A stretch of 64,000 bases of DNA from assembly GCA_023436245.1 (NCBI GenBank), contig JAEZJZ010000030.1:91-64090 (forward strand). Reading direction: 5' to 3'. Below, one piece after another: positions 29,790-38,766 of the stretch. How positions within the stretch are numbered: the first letter of the stretch is position 1; the number at the start of each line of letters is the position of its first letter. The translations under genes and the position numbers were made by a program. The notes beneath the pieces were generated by a model, which did not search any database, was not told the origin of the DNA, and saw only the letters and a list, made by a program, of their open reading frames with translations. The stretch comes from Bacillota bacterium. Lineage in GTDB: Bacteria; Bacillota; UBA994; UBA5500.

Positions 29790-30338
29790 CTAGAACTGCA
29801 CGAACCGTTCCTTTGGCGCGCCGCAGATTGGGCACTTGTCTGGGGCCTCGCCCTCCCTAGTGTGCCCACAAACCGGGCAGACTTGAATGGCCACATCAGA
29901 GTAATCGCTGCCGGCGGCTACCATGGCTGCCGCTTTGCCGAACAGCTCGCTATGGTTCTTCTCGGCTTCCAGCGCATAGCGGATGGTCCGTTGGGCACCC
30001 TTTTCCTCCTGCGCGACAGCTACCACCTGGAATGACGGGTACATTTCGGCCACTTCATAGTCCTCGCCCGCCTTTGCCCAGGTGAGGTTCTCCTCCACCG
30101 AGCCAATGCCGAAACCGGCCATCGCCGGCACCAGAAAATCTCCGTGCACTGTGCGTAGTTCGCCAAAATGGGCATGGGCATGCACCTGCTCGGCATAGGC
30201 TACTGCTTCAAACAGCCTGGCCACTTGTGGAAATCCCTTGCGCTTGGCATCTGCCCCCCAGGCCAGATAACGCATGTGAGCCATGCTCTCCCCTCCGAAA
30301 GCGGAGCGCAGGTTGGCAGCAGTGGTGTTGTCCTTCAT
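29790..30338 (-). CDS. rbr: rubrerythrin
   Basis: Di-iron ExxH ferritin-like core plus C-terminal rubredoxin-like CPVCG...CPICG; GGGGGA RBS before ATG at 30338 (MKDNTTAANLRSAF). Confidence 0.8.
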   Translation of the reverse strand: MKDNTTAANLRSAFGGESMAHMRYLAWGADAKRKGFPQVARLFEAVAYAEQVHAHAHFGELRTVHGDFLVPAMAGFGIGSVEENLTWAKAGEDYEVAEMYPSFQVVAVAQEEKGAQRTIRYALEAEKNHSELFGKAAAMVAAGSDYSDVAIQVCPVCGHTREGEAPDKCPICGAPKERFVQF

Positions 30339-30462
30339 GTTCCTATTCCCCCTTGCACATTCTCTTGCACCGGGAATGGTGCAATGTCTACTACTTCTAT
30401 TCGCGTCTGCCTGTCGGCATACCTGCCTTCCCATATCCGCAGCGGTCATTAACTTATTTTTC

Positions 30463-30490
30463 AGTTAGTATATTAATAACTATTATTGAT
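30463..30490. promoter_or_regulatory. AT-rich imperfect palindrome (Fur/PerR-family-like box) in the rbr <-> prx divergent intergenic region
   Basis: AGTATATTAATAACTATTATTGATTTG; both flanking genes are classic peroxide-stress regulon members. Confidence 0.3.
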
Positions 30491-30567
30491 TTGTAGTTGC
30501 CATGTGATCTATGATGGGAATAGACAGAACTCGTTTCCAGTACTATGTAGCAAAGGGAGGAATGTAG

Positions 30568-31164
30568 ATGACAGTCATGGTTGGCAAGCCTGCTCCTTTG
30601 TTCACGGCAAAGGCGTTCCATCAGGGCAAATTTACCTCGGTTGAGCTAGAAAAACTGCGCGGGAAATGGGTGGTGCTCTGCTTCTACCCCGGCGACTTCA
30701 CCTTCGTCTGACCAACGGAGTTAACGTCGATAGCGGTTCGCTATCCGGAATTGCAGGCGCTTGACGTCGAAGTGTTGAGTTGCAGTGTCGACAGTGTTCA
30801 TTCACATAAGGTCTGGCAGGAGACGGAACTGTCCAAGATGGTTGAGGGCGGTGTGCCGTACCCGATGCTGGCTGACCAGGGCGGCAAGTTGGGCTCGCTC
30901 TATGGCGTGTACAACGAAGAGGCTGGAGTGAATGTGCGCGGTCGTTTCTTAATCGATCCCGACGGAGTGGTGCAGACCATGGAAGTGCTCACTCCTCCGG
31001 TTGGTCGCAACGATGCTGAACTGCTCCGCCAGGTAAAGGCGTATCAGCACCAGCGCGCCACCGGAGAAGTGATTCCGGCCGGCTGGCAACCGGGCAAACC
31101 GACGCTCAAGCCGTCAACGGCATTGACCGGTCGCGTCTGGGAAGTATGGAAGCCTGAGGCCTAG
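30568..31164 (+). CDS. AhpC/Prx1-type peroxiredoxin with in-frame TGA at the peroxidatic Cys position: candidate selenocysteine peroxiredoxin (PrxU-like); alternatively a TGC->TGA pseudogene
   Basis: AAAGGGAGG RBS then ATG at 30568; translation MTVMVGKPAPLFTAKAFHQGKF...FYPGDFTFV[TGA]PTELTSIAV... aligns with AhpC FYPADFSFVCPTEL; same frame continues 151 codons to the stop at 31164; the resolving Cys (GEVCPA) is replaced by GEVIPA. Confidence 0.6.
30729..30745 (+). promoter_or_regulatory. SECIS-like hairpin 18 nt downstream of the in-frame UGA
   Basis: GAUAGCG-GUU-CGCUAUC (7-bp stem, apical loop containing GU) centred about 27 nt after UGA, within the window expected for bacterial SECIS elements. 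Confidence 0.45.
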
Positions 31165-31167
31165 GAT

Positions 31168-31255
31168 CCTGCATATCTAGGTTCTGATCTCAAATAGCGC
31201 CCCTGGAGTGTTGTGACCTAAACACACCAGGGGCGCAACTTGTGCACCGACTTTC
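31168..31255. terminator. bidirectional hairpin between convergent prx and AOR-like genes
   Basis: GCGCCCCTGG...CCAGGGGCGC 10-bp stem. Confidence 0.35.
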
Positions 31256-31274
31256 GCTACCTCCCCCAGAGCAA

Positions 31275-32840
31275 TCAACTCCTGGCGGCGCTTCCTTGCG
31301 CGAAGTAGCGATAAAGCACCTTCACGAACTCTGGCACACTGGCATCAACAGACTGCTCAAAAAGAGAGAGCTCATATCCCTTAACTGCCTGTAGCGCATT
31401 CAGTCCGGACTGGATGATATCCCCCGAAGCAAACGTCTTCCCCACTTTGGCCGAAGCCAAACGAGCAAGCAAATCTTGCCCCTCGGGGTGCTCCAAGATG
31501 GCGAAGGACGTGAACAGACAAATGCCCAGGTTCCCAGTACCCAGCATATACGCGTGTAGGTAGTCTAAATCGGATAGTGAGGCGAAGCCCTCAGCCTTAT
31601 GAGGAATCGCAACCTGAAAGTGTTTTGCCTCCTGCACTGAGGGCCGAGTGACTAGCCCAGCCAGGTCGGTCTGGTCCGCATATAGCTTGGCAATCGTACC
31701 GGTGCCGCTGCCTACAATGCGGCCGGTGGACGTCAAGTGCGTCACCTCGCTCAGCAGCTCCCAGATCGCCCCCTCGCTGGCTGGTCGCCTTTCCGCCCGT
31801 AGGAACATGGCAGCGCTAGCCACGAACTCCAGGCTGTCAATCCCAAGCTCGAAGCAGGCCTGATTGAGGGCGCGCGCAAAGCTAGGACTGTTGATGGCAA
31901 AGTGCTTCTCGCAACCAGCTAGGACTTCGCTTTCGGCTGGTGAGCTGTATGCCTCCTCTGCGCTGGCTGCGTGCCGATTCAGGCAGCCGATCACGCATCC
32001 GGGTCCGCAATTGCGGTTCAGTCCCGGCTGAACCCCTACTGGCCGCTTGCTGCCGTCTGCTGTCAGGCTGACGGCGAAATCGTGTCCATGCCGCAGCATC
32101 TTGATTAGTGTGATCGAACCATAGGCTGGCAGCGCTCCACCGCAGACCGGGTGCTGGACGATTATCCGCCCCAGTTGCTTGTTGAGCTGCGCAATCAGGG
32201 CGGAATCAGCAGTAGGAGCAGAGAAGTGCGCCCTCCCGCTGACAACAACCGCCTTCAGCCCCATACTTCCAAAGACAGACCCGAGGCGATTACGACCGAC
32301 ATGGTAAACAGGGCTGCCGCTCGCGGGATAGGTGCTGAACGCACTGGATAGGGCCAGTAAGCGCTCACCAGCCGGGCCAATGCCAACAACTGCCGTTTCG
32401 GCATCCCACTTCGCACGGAGAGCGGACACCGTCTGCCCGACAGGTGCCCCACGCAGTTCCGGGATGGCAACCAACTGCACTCCGGTTGCAGATGCCTGAA
32501 CCGTGAGGGTACGCTGCGATTGTCGGTCGCCCACGACAACCAGCGCGGCGATGTCCAGCGAAGCCAGCTTCTGCGGAAGCGGGCCCGCGATGTTGGCCAG
32601 ATGCAACTGATTGCTGGCGGGTGCAATGCCCGCCAAGCTCAGCCGACAGGTGCTCGGCACAGGGGTACCGCTCAACAACCCGGGCGCAAGCACCAGACAC
32701 CCGCGCTGGCCGCCCTGGCCGCGGTACTCGTAGCATAGGCGTGCAGAAAGGCTTCTACCGCTCTGATCAAGGCTCTCGAACTGGTGCTCCTGAGATATGA
32801 CCGTCCCCTTGTCCAAGTCAACCAAGACTACTCTGGGCAT
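31275..32840 (-). CDS. aldehyde ferredoxin oxidoreductase (AOR) family protein, shorter than canonical tungsten AORs
   Basis: N-terminal AOR domain (MPRVVLVDLDKGTV, IGPAGE, GLKAVVVSG), Cys cluster NCGPGCVIGC, C-terminal GICLFTSF; these motifs match Pyrococcus AOR; last gene of the ABC transporter operon. Confidence 0.55.
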   Translation of the reverse strand: MPRVVLVDLDKGTVISQEHQFESLDQSGRSLSARLCYEYRGQGGQRGCLVLAPGLLSGTPVPSTCRLSLAGIAPASNQLHLANIAGPLPQKLASLDIAALVVVGDRQSQRTLTVQASATGVQLVAIPELRGAPVGQTVSALRAKWDAETAVVGIGPAGERLLALSSAFSTYPASGSPVYHVGRNRLGSVFGSMGLKAVVVSGRAHFSAPTADSALIAQLNKQLGRIIVQHPVCGGALPAYGSITLIKMLRHGHDFAVSLTADGSKRPVGVQPGLNRNCGPGCVIGCLNRHAASAEEAYSSPAESEVLAGCEKHFAINSPSFARALNQACFELGIDSLEFVASAAMFLRAERRPASEGAIWELLSEVTHLTSTGRIVGSGTGTIAKLYADQTDLAGLVTRPSVQEAKHFQVAIPHKAEGFASLSDLDYLHAYMLGTGNLGICLFTSFAILEHPEGQDLLARLASAKVGKTFASGDIIQSGLNALQAVKGYELSLFEQSVDASVPEFVKVLYRYFAQGSAARS

Positions 32841-32843
32841 TTT

Positions 32844-33611
32844 CTACTCCTCCTCGAAGTACCTCAAGCTATCTGCCAAGGCACGTCCATATTCACTCGC
32901 TGGATGAGTGAGCAGTGATTCCTTCCGACCGTGCTCAACTATCCGCCCACTCTGCATGATGTAGATGTAGTCGCAACTCTGGCGCACCAGTCGCAGTTGA
33001 TGACTGATCAGCAGCACACTGAGGTCCCCTCCGGCAACCAACTCGCGCAGGATTCCCAGTAGACTGGCGGCCGTCTCATCGTCTAGCATTGACGTGCTTT
33101 CATCGGCGATGATCAGGCGAGGCCCCGGGATGAGTGCCCTGGCTAGAGCCAGCCGCTGCCGCTGCCCGCCACTTAGCTGGCCAACCATGTGTTTTGCCCA
33201 CTGTTCCCAAGCGCCAAGCCCAACCAAGCGCACAGCTTCTGCCGCGGACAGCCTTGGCGGCTGTCGGTGTCTAGCACAGATGCGAATCGGCTCAAGGAGT
33301 ATTTGCTCCACAGTGCGCTCCGTCTCCAAGGCAGCGTATGGGTCCTGAAAGATGTACTGAATAGCCTTGGCCTCAGCGAAGCTTCGCCTGCGCAGCTCTG
33401 GCAACTGACTCCCGCTCCAGCAAACCTGCCCCCGCTCAGGAGCAAGCTGTCCAGTGATAATCCTGGCCAGGGTGGACTTGCCACAACCGCTCTCGCCCAC
33501 CAAACCGACCACGCTGCCGGCAGCAATCTCCAAATTGACGCCTTGGAGCACGTGGTACTCTCTACCGTAGCTGAGGTAGCTCTTGTGCAGATCAATCGCT
33601 CGCAGCAGCAT
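32844..33611 (-). CDS. ABC transporter ATP-binding protein (NikE/DppF-like)
   Basis: Walker A GESGCGKST, LSGGQRQR signature, Walker B. Confidence 0.8.
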   Translation of the reverse strand: MLLRAIDLHKSYLSYGREYHVLQGVNLEIAAGSVVGLVGESGCGKSTLARIITGQLAPERGQVCWSGSQLPELRRRSFAEAKAIQYIFQDPYAALETERTVEQILLEPIRICARHRQPPRLSAAEAVRLVGLGAWEQWAKHMVGQLSGGQRQRLALARALIPGPRLIIADESTSMLDDETAASLLGILRELVAGGDLSVLLISHQLRLVRQSCDYIYIMQSGRIVEHGRKESLLTHPASEYGRALADSLRYFEEE

Positions 33612-34269
33612 GCTTCTCCTGCCCTTTCTCCAAAGAAACGACTTGATCGGCCAATCGCCTCACCAGATCGCGGTCGTGGGAGACCAGCAGAAGGGACAGC
33701 CCGCTGCTCTCTTTCAGTTCCAGCAGCAACTTCACCAGTAATCGCAGAGTGACCACGTCAACGGCCGTAGAAGGCTCATCCAGAATCAACAGATCAGGTT
33801 GTTTGAGCAAAGCCAGCAGCAGAAACACCCGCTGCTTCATCCCGCCGCTGAGTTGGTGAGGGCGGAGGTTGAGCGCGCCCTGATCGAGCTGCAGGGCCTG
33901 CAACCAGCCCAGGTAAGCGCGGTCACGGCTGGAACCTACGCTCTGCTGAATATGGCGAACATGAGTCCCCACGGTCAGTGTAGGATTGAGCCCGCTCAGC
34001 GAGAACTGCGGCATGTACGAGACTCGCCGATAGAGCATCTGTCGTGGCAGCGACCGCAAGTCAACTCCCATGAACTCGGCCCGCTCGTAGCTGACCAACC
34101 CGGGGAACTGCCACTGAAAAAGCGCATTCACCAACGTCGTCTTGCCGCAACCGGTGGGCCCGGTGAGCGCGATGGCTGTTCCCACCGGAAGATCAAGGCT
34201 GGGCAAGTGGAAGGAGCCCCCGAGCGACCCATAGGTCGCCCGCAGTTGACGCACGCGGAGCAGCATCAC
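33592..34269 (-). CDS. ABC transporter ATP-binding protein (NikD/DppD-like, short form)
   Basis: Walker A GPTGCGKTT, LSGGMKQR signature. Confidence 0.8.
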   Translation of the reverse strand: MMLLRVRQLRATYGSLGGSFHLPSLDLPVGTAIALTGPTGCGKTTLVNALFQWQFPGLVSYERAEFMGVDLRSLPRQMLYRRVSYMPQFSLSGLNPTLTVGTHVRHIQQSVGSSRDRAYLGWLQALQLDQGALNLRPHQLSGGMKQRVFLLLALLKQPDLLILDEPSTAVDVVTLRLLVKLLLELKESSGLSLLLVSHDRDLVRRLADQVVSLEKGQEKHAAASD

Positions 34270-35078
34270 TGCTCAACACCGTCCTTTGCCTGTGAAGTTC
34301 GAAAACCAAGCATAGCCAGTGCCAGAACGAAGACGAGCAACAAGACCACTGGGGGCAGGAGCCACCAGAGGTATGTACGTTCCAAGAAGATGCGATCGTA
34401 ATCCAGAGCCGCCCGAATCATTCTCCCCCATGACTTGACTGTCGGATCGCCGATGCCGAAGAAAGCGATGCTGGCCTCATTAACCGCTGCCCGGCTGCAT
34501 TGCTGAATGAACGCCGTGATCATCGCTGGATAGAGGGGCCTTCGCAGCTTGCGCAACACCTCGAAAAGGCCGCCTTGAAGCAGCAGCGTGTACTGGATGG
34601 AGTCTTGTTGCATGGCTAAGGTCACCTTCCCGCGCAGCAGGCGCGCAACTCTGGCCCAAGAGAAGAGACTCATCGTCAGCACGAGATTGAGCGTACCCGG
34701 CCCGGCGAAGGCCGCGAAGGTGAGAATGACCACCGTTTCAGGCACTATCAGGAACACGTCAGTCAGATACAGCAACAGTCGTTCGAGCCAACCGCCGACG
34801 TATGCCCCAATCATGGCCACCATGGCTCCCACGACGCAAGTCAGGAGCGCTGTCGCCAGTGCCACTCCGACCGTTAACCTGAATCCGACAATCAGGCTCG
34901 ATAGATTATCCTGACCGATGCTGTTGGTGCCCAAGAGATGCTCCCGGCTAGGAGACTGGGCGGCTGGGCTGGCAAAGTCCCCTGGGTCGTGGGGAGTCAA
35001 CCAAGGCGCAAAACAAGCCACCAAAACAAAGAGCCAGAGAACAAAGCTAGCGGCTCGTTGCGAAAATGGGCGGCTCAT
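34266..35078 (-). CDS. ABC transporter permease (NikC/DppC-like)
   Basis: Start MSRPFSQRAASFVLWLF at 35076-35078 overlapping the upstream stop (ATGA coupling); the 90-aa N-terminal extension in the ORF track is rejected. Confidence 0.7.
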   Translation of the reverse strand: MSRPFSQRAASFVLWLFVLVACFAPWLTPHDPGDFASPAAQSPSREHLLGTNSIGQDNLSSLIVGFRLTVGVALATALLTCVVGAMVAMIGAYVGGWLERLLLYLTDVFLIVPETVVILTFAAFAGPGTLNLVLTMSLFSWARVARLLRGKVTLAMQQDSIQYTLLLQGGLFEVLRKLRRPLYPAMITAFIQQCSRAAVNEASIAFFGIGDPTVKSWGRMIRAALDYDRIFLERTYLWWLLPPVVLLLVFVLALAMLGFRTSQAKDGVEQ

Positions 35079-36049
35079 CGGCTTAGCCTCGGGTCGTATC
35101 TCTGCTGTACCAACTGAAAAGCGACATTGACGACAATGCTGTATAGACAGATCGTCAAGAAGATGCCTTGTACAAGCGGATAGTCTCGGGCGGCGATGGC
35201 CGTCTTCAGCAGTACCCCTATTCCAGGGTAAGAGAATACCATCTCCACGAAGAGTGACCCAGCAATGGCGTAGAGGAACTGGATGTTTAGCCTGCCAAAG
35301 ATCTCGGGCAAACTGTTGCGCAGAATATAGGCGCTGGTTACGATGCACGGAGACACTCCGTTATAGCGAGCGGCTTCTACGTATGGCTGGCGCTTAGTCT
35401 CGGCGACGATGTTATGCGTCAGGATGGCGAGCGGAGGGAGTTGACTGCACATCAACACCAACGTGGGCAGTACTCCGTGTCGAATCACATGGGCCCAAAA
35501 GCCAGGCGTGTTCGCTGTCATCCCCATCGGATAGGCGCCGGTGGCTGGGAACCACTTGGTCCCATAGGCGAGAAACAGGCGAGCCAGGACCGCCAACAGG
35601 AAGGTCGGAACCGTCTGCACCGCTACCAACCCAAGAAGTGCCAACTGCGAGCGTCGCCTGCGGGGAGATAAGGCCAACCGGCTGCCGAGAGGCAGGGCGA
35701 ATGCGGTCGCGGCGATCAGAGAGGTCAGGGACAACCCTAGCGTCCAGCCTATTTTGCTGCTGATTAGCATTTTCACCGGTAAGCCAAAGTAGAAGGAAAA
35801 GCCCCAGTCTCCGCGCAGCAGCTGACCCAAGTAGCGAGTCAACTGCTGCGGCAGAGAAAGCTCGGGGGCGTAGTACTGGCTAAAGCGGTTAAAGGCGTTT
35901 TCAGTAATCTGCAGGTTGGCGGGGCTCAGTTCCTCTGGGCTGAGAGAAAGCGGATTGCCAGGCAGTATTCGTGGCAGGAGGAAGCCCAGCAAAACCAGAG
36001 TGGCCAGGAGCAACAAGTTCCTGGCCAAAACCTGGAGCACAGCCCTCAT
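35075..36049 (-). CDS. ABC transporter permease (NikB/DppB-like)
   Basis: 324 aa, 6 TM segments, binding-protein-dependent transport inner-membrane signature. Confidence 0.75.
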   Translation of the reverse strand: MRAVLQVLARNLLLLATLVLLGFLLPRILPGNPLSLSPEELSPANLQITENAFNRFSQYYAPELSLPQQLTRYLGQLLRGDWGFSFYFGLPVKMLISSKIGWTLGLSLTSLIAATAFALPLGSRLALSPRRRRSQLALLGLVAVQTVPTFLLAVLARLFLAYGTKWFPATGAYPMGMTANTPGFWAHVIRHGVLPTLVLMCSQLPPLAILTHNIVAETKRQPYVEAARYNGVSPCIVTSAYILRNSLPEIFGRLNIQFLYAIAGSLFVEMVFSYPGIGVLLKTAIAARDYPLVQGIFLTICLYSIVVNVAFQLVQQRYDPRLSR

Positions 36050-36073
36050 CTGCGTCGAACTCTCGTGAACACC

Positions 36074-37708
36074 CTACTTGCCCCAGGTGCCCCGAACATA
36101 GACCAGCTTGTTCTGCAGGGTCGGAACTGCCCTGGCTACCCCGTCCTTGGTATAGAACCAGCCGTTCAGCTTACTCTGGTCATAGGCAAAGGTGGTGAGG
36201 GTGTAGTAGAGCGTCAGCGTGGGCAGTTCGTCAGCAATCAGTTGCTGCATTTCTGCCACCATCGCATAGCGCTTGGCCTGATCGAGCTCGCGCAGTTGGC
36301 TGGCAAACAGCCGATCGAACTGAGCATTACCCCATTTGCCGCCTCCTTGCGTAGTGGACCCCGGCGTCGCACCCAAGCTGCCGCTGTCGCTGACAAAGCG
36401 GGCAAGCAGAACCGGGTCACCGCCAAAGGAACCGTGTCCATTGAGCGCAAGGGTGAAGCTACCCTCATTGATCATCGACTCGAAGGCCTTGGCTTCCACC
36501 AGCTTGGGCGTCACCGCGATACCCAGCTGAGCCAGGTAACCTTGTACCAGTTCAGCCTCTTTGGAGCGGTCGCTGGCGGCCAGCAACTCGAACTTGAGGG
36601 CCTTGCCCTGATACTCTCTAGTACCGTCACCATTCTTATCCTTGATCCCAGCCTGATCTAGCATGGATTTCGCCTGCTCTAGGTCGTAAGCGTACTGCTT
36701 TACATCCGCGGCGAACCATTCCGAGTCGGGGTGAATATGGCCCGGATTGCCGGCGACTCCAGCCCCGCCTGTCGCCTTCTGCACCAGTTCCTCCCGGTTG
36801 ATGGCGTAGTACATGGCTTGGCGCAGAGCGACGTTCTGCAGTGCCGGCTGGTTGAAGTTGAAGTAGAGGCGATAGACCCAGAAGCCGGGGCCCTCCATTG
36901 TGCCAAACTTGCCCGCAGTCTTCATGTCCTGAAAGACGCTCCACTTGACTCTCTGGGCAACATCGATGTCGCCGTTTTGCAGAGCAGCGGCTGCATCGTC
37001 CACGGGAGCAAAGATCAACTGATCGACCTGAGGCTTCCCGAGGAAGTAATCGGGATTGGCAACAAAGGTGTAGCTGCCGGCGGTCACATCGTATTGCTCA
37101 AGGGTAAAGGGACCGGAACCGATCACTGCCTCCGCAGTGTTGAACTCACCTGGCACGGTGACGTTCTTCCAAATATGCTCCGGCAGGATGGGGACATTGC
37201 CGGCCACCTCAGTGATGAATGGAGCATAGATGTCGGTCAGTGTGATTTTCACCTTGTACTCTTCCACGGCGTCCACACTCTTGACCATGTCCAGCGCCAC
37301 CCATGGGTGCGGGTGCGCCTTCACGTAGTCGAAGGAGAACTTCACGTCGCGTGCGGTCAGCGGCTGTCCATCGGTGAACTTGGCGTTCTCAACCAGATCG
37401 AACTCAAGAGTGAGGTGATCGTCCGAATTACGCCAGGCAGTCGCCAAGAGCGGAACGACGCCATCGGCGTCCTTCCAGACCAAGGTGTCGAACATCAAGC
37501 TAGTCAGTAGATAACCCCGCCCGCGCGTCGAGACAGTATAGAACGCGGGATAACCGAGATCGGACTCATCCACCCGCAGGATGCGAGGTCCTCCGTTTGT
37601 GGCAGGATTGGATACGCAGCCCGAAATCAGGGAGGCCACCGCCAGTAGGATCAGGAGCAAACTGAGTAACCGTTTCTTCATTTGTGATCTCTCCTCTGCA
37701 GTAATCAT
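36074..37708 (-). CDS. ABC transporter substrate-binding lipoprotein, family 5 (peptide/nickel/opine type)
   Basis: Signal peptide with LISGC lipobox; 544 aa SBP_bac_5 architecture. Confidence 0.8.
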   Translation of the reverse strand: MITAEERSQMKKRLLSLLLILLAVASLISGCVSNPATNGGPRILRVDESDLGYPAFYTVSTRGRGYLLTSLMFDTLVWKDADGVVPLLATAWRNSDDHLTLEFDLVENAKFTDGQPLTARDVKFSFDYVKAHPHPWVALDMVKSVDAVEEYKVKITLTDIYAPFITEVAGNVPILPEHIWKNVTVPGEFNTAEAVIGSGPFTLEQYDVTAGSYTFVANPDYFLGKPQVDQLIFAPVDDAAAALQNGDIDVAQRVKWSVFQDMKTAGKFGTMEGPGFWVYRLYFNFNQPALQNVALRQAMYYAINREELVQKATGGAGVAGNPGHIHPDSEWFAADVKQYAYDLEQAKSMLDQAGIKDKNGDGTREYQGKALKFELLAASDRSKEAELVQGYLAQLGIAVTPKLVEAKAFESMINEGSFTLALNGHGSFGGDPVLLARFVSDSGSLGATPGSTTQGGGKWGNAQFDRLFASQLRELDQAKRYAMVAEMQQLIADELPTLTLYYTLTTFAYDQSKLNGWFYTKDGVARAVPTLQNKLVYVRGTWGK

Positions 37709-37819
37709 GCTATATTATACATACAATAATCCTATCTAATCTAAGTTCCTGCCTATGCTTGCGATAGTGGGTATAGAGCACATCAATAGTGGCGCTGTGC
37801 TGCAGAGGAGTGATCGATA

Positions 37820-38710
37820 TTGGACCTGCGAAAACTGGAGGTTTTTGTGAATGTGGTACATCAGGGGAACTTCTCCAAGGCAGCGGAGGCGCTCTACTTG
37901 TCGCAGCCTACGGTGAGTGCGCATATCGATGGCCTGGAAAAGAGCTTGGGCGTGATCCTGTTTGAGCGGCGCAGTCGGCTAGCCGTTCTCACCGCCGCAG
38001 GACGCGTGTTCTACCCGCATGCACTGGAGACATTGCGTTCCGTGGAAAGAGGGAAACAGAGCCTGAAACTCCATGCCGATCAACTGCGGGGTGAAGTCAG
38101 ACTAGCTGCAAGCTCAACGCCAGGCATCCATTGGTTGCCTGCCCGGTTGAGCGCCTTTCGGCAGCAGCACCCGTCCATCACGTTTGACATCCAGATCGTG
38201 GACTCTAGTGAGGCAGCTACCTTGGTGTCCAGTTACGCAGCTGACATGGGCCTAGTTGGCAGAGAACTCCCCGAACACACGACGCTAGCATGCTCCCGCA
38301 TTGCCAAGGATCGCCTGGTTGCTGCTGTTCCGCGCCTCTGGGCGCCAGCACAGGCAAAGGCCCACCCGCTGGGCATTGAAGAGTTGATTGGCTATCCATT
38401 GGTCATGCGTCACACTGGTTCGGCGACCCGGGAAGCGTTTCTCAACGCGCTACAGCAGATCGGTCATCAGCTGAGTGACTTGGACATCGTGGCCGAGGTT
38501 GACAGCCTGGAGGCAGCCAAGAGCTGCGTGCACGCCGGTTTGGGTGTTGCAGTATTGTCAGAGCTATGCGTATTGCGAGATGCTGACATCTTGGCCTGCC
38601 CAGTGCCGGAACTGGACATGGAACGCAACTTCTATTTGGTGCATCGAAAGACTCACGTCTTCACTGCTGCCGCAGAGATGCTACATAACTACCTATTGAG
38701 CGACCGATGA
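37820..38710 (+). CDS. LysR family transcriptional regulator
   Basis: N-terminal HTH MDLRKLEVFVNVVHQGNFSKAAEALYLSQPTVSAHI; divergent from the ABC operon. Confidence 0.8.
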   Translation: MDLRKLEVFVNVVHQGNFSKAAEALYLSQPTVSAHIDGLEKSLGVILFERRSRLAVLTAAGRVFYPHALETLRSVERGKQSLKLHADQLRGEVRLAASSTPGIHWLPARLSAFRQQHPSITFDIQIVDSSEAATLVSSYAADMGLVGRELPEHTTLACSRIAKDRLVAAVPRLWAPAQAKAHPLGIEELIGYPLVMRHTGSATREAFLNALQQIGHQLSDLDIVAEVDSLEAAKSCVHAGLGVAVLSELCVLRDADILACPVPELDMERNFYLVHRKTHVFTAAAEMLHNYLLSDR

Positions 38711-38766
38711 CCAGCATGCAAGAAGGGGCCTCCTACCGGAAGCCCCTTCTTGTCTCATGTTTAAGC

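Noticed and set aside
35079-35348. 90-aa N-terminal extension of the ABC permease ORF (34266-35348)
   Set aside because: It overlaps the upstream permease gene in another frame. A conserved start MSRPFSQ overlaps the upstream stop (ATGA), which is typical operon coupling.
36731-37510. 259-aa plus-strand ORF antisense to the substrate-binding protein gene
   Set aside because: It is an antisense artefact with no recognisable domain.
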